A stretch of DNA of 64,000 nt from Pavona decussata (taxonomy: Eukaryota): positions 806,001 through 870,000 of the forward strand of contig CDRNST010000031.1 in assembly GCA_977016875.1 (NCBI GenBank), read 5' to 3'. Made by a program: the position numbers and the translations under genes. Positions 62,901 to 64,000 of this stretch are shown one piece after another (position 1 is the first letter of the stretch; every line of letters begins with the position of its first letter). The notes under the pieces are model-generated. The model did no database searches. It was not told the DNA's origin and saw only the letters and a list, made by a program, of their open reading frames with translations.

Positions 62901-64000
62901 TACGAGGCAAACGAATAGCTTCAACGCGTTGCTTCACATCGGGTTTTAAGCTGTCTTTCAGGCTGAGCTCAATCTTGGGTGTGCTACCATACGAAATGAT
63001 GCCATACTGCAGTCTGTGCATAGCATACTTGTCAATGAACGATTTTATCACGTCCTTCAGATGCACCGTGTTTGCGGCTGCGTCACCTGAGCCAGCTGAG
63101 ATGATGAAACCTAGATCAACCTCAGGAACTCTTGGTTCGTCGATAACTAAAATAAAAAAGGCAATTTATGGGTTAAGCAAAAGGACAACAACAAATTCAT
63201 CGCACCAATGGCACTTACGAAAGGTTTGGTTTAGAGTGTTGACGATATTTGAACATGATCATTCTCTTTGTTTTTTGTAGAATGCGTGCTGGCCTTCAAA
63301 TTAATGCTGCAAAATTGTTTTCAGGGATTCCCAGAAATGACGTCTTCTTGACATTGAGGTTATGTCTGCGTGCTATTACTGCTGTTACGTTATGAAGTGT
63401 CCCAATAATTTTTGATCTGCCACGTTATCAGTTAGAAAACGCGTACATGTCTAAAAGGTTATTTTAATATGCGGCAGGCTTTACTAAAAACATTGTCAGC
63501 AGCATCAGCATGAATACGGAGTGGATAAGTCTCCAGTCTATACCATGGCCTGGATAATTATGTTTCATTAACTTGAAAGTAATCATATGACCCTGATTAT
63601 AGATCCTGGGAACCAATTTGCTCCCACTGCAACTTCTCACGTAGCTATATCTCTCTTTTTTAACGTTGCTTTTGGCCTCGTTTGCTGCAGTGTTGTTAAT
63701 CTGGGCCCTCTATAATTGGCTCACACTACTGAAGATACAGTTGTACTTAATTGAACTGAACTGCTCATTTATAATAAGGAAGCTAATAGAATAAAATTGG
63801 ATTAACAAACTGCACTTACGCTCCTTCATTTTTTCGGTAATCTCTTCAGCCAATTTACCAGGATCCCCTGTCTTAGACACCTCCACAGTTGTTTTCTTTA
63901 GAGGAGTAACTAATTGAAGTTGTGCATCGTCCACACTGTTTCCAACCGCAACAGGAATGACCCAATACTCTGATTCAATCAGTGGCTTTGCTGCCTCAAT
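1..64000 (-). CDS. Giant multi-exon predicted extracellular protein, partial at both ends: 41 vWA + 13 follistatin/Kazal + 1 GON domain, 68 exons, ~8,500 aa in window
   Basis: All exons have GT donors and AG acceptors on the minus strand with mutually compatible phases. Translation is continuous with recognisable vWA (DLxFAIS...VLVVITD...VIPVAxG), FS (10 Cys, VCGSDGxTYxNxC) and GON motifs. Confidence 0.9.
502..726 (-). CDS. exon: FS12
   Basis: 225 nt, phase 1-1; ICGDDGKTYPNQC. Confidence 0.9.
1268..1483 (-). CDS. exon: FS11 (absent from ORF track)
   Basis: 216 nt, phase 1-1; hand translation DPCQAARCVHHSVCKNKPDGSTACECPRTEECPDVTDPVCGTNGATYENECKLKAQSCANGEDVSLKHKGEC. Confidence 0.9.
1595..1810 (-). 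CDS. exon: FS10
   Basis: 216 nt, phase 1-1; PVCGSDKQTYVNPC. Confidence 0.9.
2110..2262. mobile_element. MITE with ~37-bp imperfect terminal inverted repeats, TA at both ends
   Basis: taggctgatttagccacagaacaggaacgtcatttga ... tcaactgacgttcccgttctgtagctaattcagccta. Confidence 0.75.
2333..2548 (-). CDS. exon: FS9
   Basis: 216 nt, phase 1-1; VCGTDGITYLNEC. Confidence 0.9.
2815..2852. repeat. (ATC)n microsatellite
   Basis: Perfect trinucleotide run. Confidence 0.95.
3017..3235 (-). CDS. exon: FS8
   Basis: 219 nt, phase 1-1; VCGSDGQTYINKC. Confidence 0.9.
3387..3785. mobile_element. MITE, TTAA target-site duplication, Kolobok-like termini
   Basis: TTAA|GGACGGTGCCTACT ... AGTAGGCACCGTCC|TTAA; 14-bp perfect TIR. 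Confidence 0.85.
3836..4205. mobile_element. MITE, Kolobok-like, degenerate TTAA flanks
   Basis: ttga|AGGGGAAGTATCA ... TGATACTTCCCCT|ttac. Confidence 0.7.
4396..4611 (-). CDS. exon: FS7
   Basis: 216 nt, phase 1-1; VCGSDGKTYLNDC. Confidence 0.9.
4935..5065 (+). mobile_element. tRNA-derived SINE relic
   Basis: A-box-like gcagctcagtggttggagc, B-box-like gggtttgattgcc, followed by non-tRNA body. Confidence 0.6.
5486..5698 (-). CDS. exon: FS6
   Basis: 213 nt, phase 1-1; PVCGHDNKTYINKC. Confidence 0.9.
6413..6628 (-). CDS. exon: FS5
   Basis: 216 nt, phase 1-1; VCGSDGKTYHNDC. Confidence 0.9.
7076..7307 (-). CDS. exon: vWA41, C-terminal part
   Basis: 232 nt, phase 0-1; VPKSLIVIVFG...VFVLAVG...KDTC. 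Confidence 0.87.
7757..7970. mobile_element. MITE, same family as 48207-48400 in opposite orientation
   Basis: tagagatatttagaatgacgtccgcggcaaacggcaaa ... gtttagtcgtaaacgcgaatctagacctctca. Confidence 0.6.
8138..8463 (-). CDS. exon: vWA41 (Cys-bracketed), N-terminal part
   Basis: 326 nt, phase 1-0; CPFPMDVVFALDSSYE...QTHVGLI. Confidence 0.88.
8854..9468 (-). CDS. exon: GON domain (ADAMTS9/20, GON-1 type)
   Basis: 615 nt, phase 1-1; NCVEVK..DGHY, VYCHSM..PQEFITL, FTKVRL, DDFTFAQT, AGDCYS, GSFKVDLRGT, KCGGWCGRC match the GON consensus as I recall it. Confidence 0.88.
9964..10527 (-). CDS. exon: vWA40
   Basis: 564 nt, phase 1-1; DLAFVIGASGP...ILIVMTEG. Confidence 0.88.
11082..11294 (-). CDS. 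exon: FS4
   Basis: 213 nt, phase 1-1; PVCGSDMVTYPNEC. Confidence 0.9.
11860..12075 (-). CDS. exon: FS3
   Basis: 216 nt, phase 1-1; PVCGSDGESYFSEC. Confidence 0.9.
12208..12417 (-). CDS. exon: FS2
   Basis: 210 nt, phase 1-1; PVCGSNLRTYWNEC. Confidence 0.9.
13055..13190 (-). CDS. exon: vWA39, C-terminal part
   Basis: 136 nt, phase 0-1; VIPVVVGQEVDP. Confidence 0.85.
13389..13760. mobile_element. Degenerate inverted-repeat element
   Basis: ataattaacaattactcaccgaactggaggtgga ... tccatcttcgcttcattgaataactgctgattat. Confidence 0.5.
13843..14261 (-). CDS. exon: vWA39, N-terminal part
   Basis: 419 nt, phase 1-0; DIAFAISATS. Confidence 0.88.
14376..14607 (-). CDS. exon: vWA38, C-terminal part
   Basis: 232 nt, phase 0-1; LFVVGVG...IAS...QIC. 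Confidence 0.85.
14741..14920 (+). mobile_element. SINE 3' portion with (GAT)n tail
   Basis: gggatgttaaagaacccac...aagagtagggg core resembles a conserved SINE central domain; ends aataaa + (gat)n. Confidence 0.55.
15236..15498 (-). CDS. exon: vWA38 (short, Cys-bracketed), N-terminal part
   Basis: 263 nt, phase 1-0; CNNSVDLLFVV...NTRVGVL. Confidence 0.82.
15555..15875. mobile_element. DNA-transposon-derived fragment with ATAAGCCC-like repeats and C-runs
   Basis: Starts TA|CCGTAAA; repeated ataagc(g)ccc motifs; similar relic at 56768-57000. Confidence 0.45.
15983..16204 (-). CDS. exon: follistatin/Kazal module FS1
   Basis: 222 nt, phase 1-1; 10 Cys; PVCASDSNTYPNNC. Confidence 0.9.
16938..17371. 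mobile_element. Foldback MITE (434 bp, nearly fully palindromic), TTAA TSD, Kolobok-like
   Basis: TTAA|AGTGCACCTAACCCCC ... GGGGGTTAGGTGCACT|TTAA; arms of ~200 bp pair up to a short central spacer. Confidence 0.9.
17403..17966 (-). CDS. exon: vWA37 (last of the tandem array)
   Basis: 564 nt, phase 1-1. Confidence 0.9.
18325..18550 (-). CDS. exon: vWA36, C-terminal part
   Basis: 226 nt, phase 0-1; VLVVITDATTG. Confidence 0.85.
18665..18948. other. assembly gap (284 N) inside an intron
   Basis: Run of n between the two halves of vWA36. Confidence 0.99.
19162..19481 (-). CDS. exon: vWA36, N-terminal part
   Basis: 320 nt, phase 1-0. Confidence 0.87.
19806..20360 (-). CDS. exon: vWA35
   Basis: 555 nt, phase 1-1. 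Confidence 0.9.
20713..21249 (-). CDS. exon: vWA34 (type C)
   Basis: 537 nt, phase 1-1. Confidence 0.9.
21748..21890. repeat. Inverted repeat within an interspersed element extending to ~22035
   Basis: catatcaaacac..gtgtttcatcagatatccaaacac ... gtgtttggatatctgatgaaacac..gtgtttgatatg. Confidence 0.8.
22114..22665 (-). CDS. exon: vWA33 (type B)
   Basis: 552 nt, phase 1-1. Confidence 0.9.
22971..23531 (-). CDS. exon: vWA32 (type A)
   Basis: 561 nt, phase 1-1. Confidence 0.9.
24084..24332 (-). CDS. exon: vWA31, C-terminal part
   Basis: 249 nt, phase 1-1; DLRPDAKKVLVVVID. Confidence 0.87.
24785..24963. mobile_element. MITE with internal direct repeat
   Basis: atagagtgttttca ... tgaaaacactccat; tttgggacaccaacatggccgc occurs twice. 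Confidence 0.8.
25031..25336 (-). CDS. exon: vWA31 (type C), N-terminal part
   Basis: 306 nt, phase 1-1. Confidence 0.87.
25595..25775 (-). mobile_element. tRNA-derived SINE relic
   Basis: Minus strand tgacccagtggttagggt (A-box-like) ... ggggttcaattcc (B-box-like). Confidence 0.5.
26128..26416 (-). CDS. exon: vWA30, C-terminal part
   Basis: 289 nt, phase 0-1. Confidence 0.87.
26749..27014 (-). CDS. exon: vWA30 (type B), N-terminal part
   Basis: 266 nt, phase 1-0. Confidence 0.87.
27302..27443 (-). CDS. exon: vWA29, C-terminal part
   Basis: 142 nt, phase 0-1; VIPVIIGTDANP. Confidence 0.85.
27927..28330 (-). CDS. exon: vWA29 (type A), N-terminal part
   Basis: 404 nt, phase 1-0. Confidence 0.87.
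29131..29362 (-). CDS. exon: vWA28, C-terminal part
   Basis: 232 nt, phase 0-1; VLVVIMDKKS. Confidence 0.85.
29870..30192 (-). CDS. exon: vWA28 (type B), N-terminal part
   Basis: 323 nt, phase 1-0. Confidence 0.87.
30407..30510 (-). mobile_element. LINE 3'-end remnant (stem-loop plus short tandem tail)
   Basis: (tttcaag)x3 tail next to hairpin ctggccc...tagc-gaga-gcta...gggtcag. Confidence 0.45.
31112..31669 (-). CDS. exon: vWA27 (type A)
   Basis: 558 nt, phase 1-1. Confidence 0.9.
32324..32881 (-). CDS. exon: vWA26 (type C)
   Basis: 558 nt, phase 1-1. Confidence 0.88.
33005..33073. repeat. Degenerate (ATAAAGGATA)n minisatellite
   Basis: Repeated taaaggataa units. Confidence 0.75.
33185..33452 (-). 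CDS. exon: vWA25, C-terminal part
   Basis: 268 nt, phase 0-1. Confidence 0.87.
33669..33854. mobile_element. MITE with imperfect TIRs
   Basis: ataggctattttcacgataccgtcatttactataactaccagaatcct ... aggatttggtggttgtagtaaaataacgttaccgtggatatcgtctat. Confidence 0.65.
33943..34229 (-). CDS. exon: vWA25 (type B), N-terminal part
   Basis: 287 nt, phase 1-0. Confidence 0.87.
34674..35022 (-). CDS. exon: vWA24, C-terminal part
   Basis: 349 nt, phase 0-1; PTGEPDLQKAL. Confidence 0.87.
35333..35541 (-). CDS. exon: vWA24 (type A), N-terminal part
   Basis: 209 nt, phase 1-0. Confidence 0.87.
35857..36414 (-). CDS. exon: vWA23 (type C)
   Basis: 558 nt, phase 1-1. Confidence 0.9.
36505..36738. repeat. 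(TTA/TTG)n and (ATT)n microsatellites
   Basis: Trinucleotide runs at 36505-36562 and 36678-36738. Confidence 0.95.
36782..37333 (-). CDS. exon: vWA22 (type B)
   Basis: 552 nt, phase 1-1. Confidence 0.9.
37911..38471 (-). CDS. exon: vWA21 (type A)
   Basis: 561 nt, phase 1-1. Confidence 0.9.
39221..39781 (-). CDS. exon: vWA20 (type C)
   Basis: 561 nt, phase 1-1. Confidence 0.9.
40392..40851 (+). mobile_element. 5'-truncated non-LTR retrotransposon (CR1/L2-group) 3' end
   Basis: Open frame SNLFQLDSGSYYLRKREFVQPRFSSVTYGKHSLRYLGPKLWNDL...FKRVIR...CRGCNLCRE* (stop 40644-40646), AT-rich 3'UTR, aataaa + (att)n tail. Confidence 0.8.
40925..41000. repeat. (ATT)n microsatellite
   Basis: Two adjacent ATT runs. 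Confidence 0.95.
41075..41629 (-). CDS. exon: vWA19 (type B)
   Basis: 555 nt, phase 1-1. Confidence 0.9.
41840..42024 (-). mobile_element. tRNA-related short retroposon with 14-bp target-site duplication
   Basis: agtagataaacaga at 41826-41839 and 42025-42038; minus-strand B-box gggttcgaatccc. Confidence 0.8.
42295..42655. repeat. Degenerate ~95-100 bp tandem repeat, about 4 units
   Basis: Recurring gagtc(t/c)gtggatgaaa...tgaaagctact(g/a)agcagtacttt...caaggtg(g/a)ttc motifs. Confidence 0.6.
42709..43266 (-). CDS. exon: vWA18 (type A)
   Basis: 558 nt, phase 1-1. Confidence 0.9.
43762..44097 (-). CDS. exon: vWA17, C-terminal part
   Basis: 336 nt, phase 1-1. Confidence 0.87.
44370..44594 (-). 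CDS. exon: vWA17 (type C), N-terminal part
   Basis: 225 nt, phase 1-1. Confidence 0.87.
45196..45750 (-). CDS. exon: vWA16 (type B)
   Basis: 555 nt, phase 1-1. Confidence 0.9.
46241..46798 (-). CDS. exon: vWA15 (type A)
   Basis: 558 nt, phase 1-1. Confidence 0.9.
47492..48052 (-). CDS. exon: vWA14 (type C)
   Basis: 561 nt, phase 1-1. Confidence 0.9.
48207..48400. mobile_element. MITE with imperfect TIRs
   Basis: tagagagatttagaatcgcgtttacggcaaacggcaaacg ... cgtttactgtttgccgtaaacgtaattataatctctcta. Confidence 0.8.
48635..49189 (-). CDS. exon: vWA13 (type B)
   Basis: 555 nt, phase 1-1. Confidence 0.9.
49574..50125 (-). CDS. exon: vWA12 (type A)
   Basis: 552 nt, phase 1-1. Confidence 0.9.
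50352..50561. mobile_element. MITE with ~50-bp TIRs (possibly PIF/Harbinger-like)
   Basis: accagggacccgtttctcgaaagtcctggtaagtcaccgggcccgataagtc ... gacttatcgggcccggtaagttaccgagactttcaagaaacgggcccctggt. Confidence 0.85.
50872..51420 (-). CDS. exon: vWA11 (type C)
   Basis: 549 nt, phase 1-1. Confidence 0.9.
52022..52208 (-). CDS. exon: vWA10, C-terminal part
   Basis: 187 nt, phase 0-1; TKARELVYRGVTVIPVIVG. Confidence 0.85.
53056..53432 (-). CDS. exon: vWA10, N-terminal part
   Basis: 377 nt, phase 1-0; DLGFAISVAS. Confidence 0.88.
53685..53740. repeat. (GAT/GAC)n microsatellite
   Basis: Trinucleotide run. Confidence 0.9.
54143..54682 (-). CDS. exon: vWA9
   Basis: 540 nt, phase 1-1; DIVFAITATS. 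Confidence 0.9.
55319..55572 (-). CDS. exon: vWA8, C-terminal part
   Basis: 254 nt, phase 2-1; junction restores R-PGVKRVLVVLVD. Confidence 0.88.
55735..55880 (+). mobile_element. Retrozyme-like relic with a decayed type I hammerhead motif
   Basis: gacatg-CTGATGAG-gtc..ggac-[GAAAC missing]-agct-gcc-tatggc. Confidence 0.5.
56432..56741 (-). CDS. exon: vWA8, N-terminal part
   Basis: 310 nt, phase 1-2; ELCFAFSATSS. Confidence 0.88.
57308..57862 (-). CDS. exon: vWA7 (divergent)
   Basis: 555 nt, phase 1-1; DVVMAVSVGT...VVVIFTD. Confidence 0.88.
57890..58178. mobile_element. Palindromic MITE-like element, left end truncated
   Basis: caacttgtctcacaattttgttgc..tagtgtaacatgccctgaaatgaa ... ttcatttcagggcatgttaaacta..gcaacgaaattgcgagacaagttg. 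Confidence 0.75.
58481..59044 (-). CDS. exon: vWA6
   Basis: 564 nt, phase 1-1; DLAFAISAAS. Confidence 0.9.
59717..60274 (-). CDS. exon: vWA5
   Basis: 558 nt, phase 1-1; DIVFAVSTSS. Confidence 0.9.
60630..61181 (-). CDS. exon: vWA4
   Basis: 552 nt, phase 1-1; DLMFLVSAQAS. Confidence 0.9.
61369..61917 (-). CDS. exon: vWA3
   Basis: 549 nt, phase 1-1; DVVFAISATAS. Confidence 0.9.
62595..63146 (-). CDS. exon: vWA2
   Basis: 552 nt, phase 1-1, AG/GT bounded; VDLGFIISAGS...VLVVITD. Confidence 0.9.
63820..64000 (-). CDS. exon: vWA1, C-terminal part (runs off window)
   Basis: IEAAKPLIESEYWVIPVAVG...EKMKE; donor C|GTAAG, phase 1. Confidence 0.85.

Noticed and set aside
8085-63280. Dozens of Ser/Thr/Phe-rich plus-strand ORFs (e.g. 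22913-23395, 37922-38335, 42660-43133)
   Set aside because: Each overlaps a minus-strand vWA exon and is its antisense shadow (Asp/Glu/Lys codons read as Ser/Phe); no independent domain signal.
1-64000. Gene symbols COL6A3, AGRN or ADAMTS9
   Set aside because: Only isolated domain types are shared. No collagen helix, laminin-G/SEA/NtA, TSP1 or metalloprotease domain is visible, so orthology is unsupported.
1-64000. Prokaryotic interpretation (operon of small vWA genes, CRISPR array)
   Set aside because: Similarity stops exactly at GT/AG splice signals with consistent phases; SINE/LINE/MITE content is eukaryotic; no repeat-spacer array seen.

Overview
Eukaryotic (animal) genomic DNA, AT-rich and intron-dense. 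The interspersed repeats resemble families I recall from stony corals/cnidarians (inference, not searched). The whole window is the internal part of ONE giant minus-strand gene. I traced 68 GT-AG exons by hand that join in frame, about 25.6 kb of coding sequence (~8,500 aa), with no start or stop codon in the window. N-to-C order (64000 toward 1): 37 tandem von Willebrand A (vWA) domains (first partial), follistatin/Kazal (FS), vWA x2, FS x3, vWA, GON domain, vWA, FS x9 (last partial). Every domain boundary is a phase-1 intron. The tandem vWA domains lack the canonical DxSxS MIDAS motif and form a three-domain super-repeat. Introns carry MITEs (several with TTAA target sites), tRNA-derived SINEs, LINE 3' ends, decayed hammerhead-like motifs, microsatellites and one 284-nt assembly gap. 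The many Ser-rich plus-strand ORFs are antisense shadows of the vWA exons.
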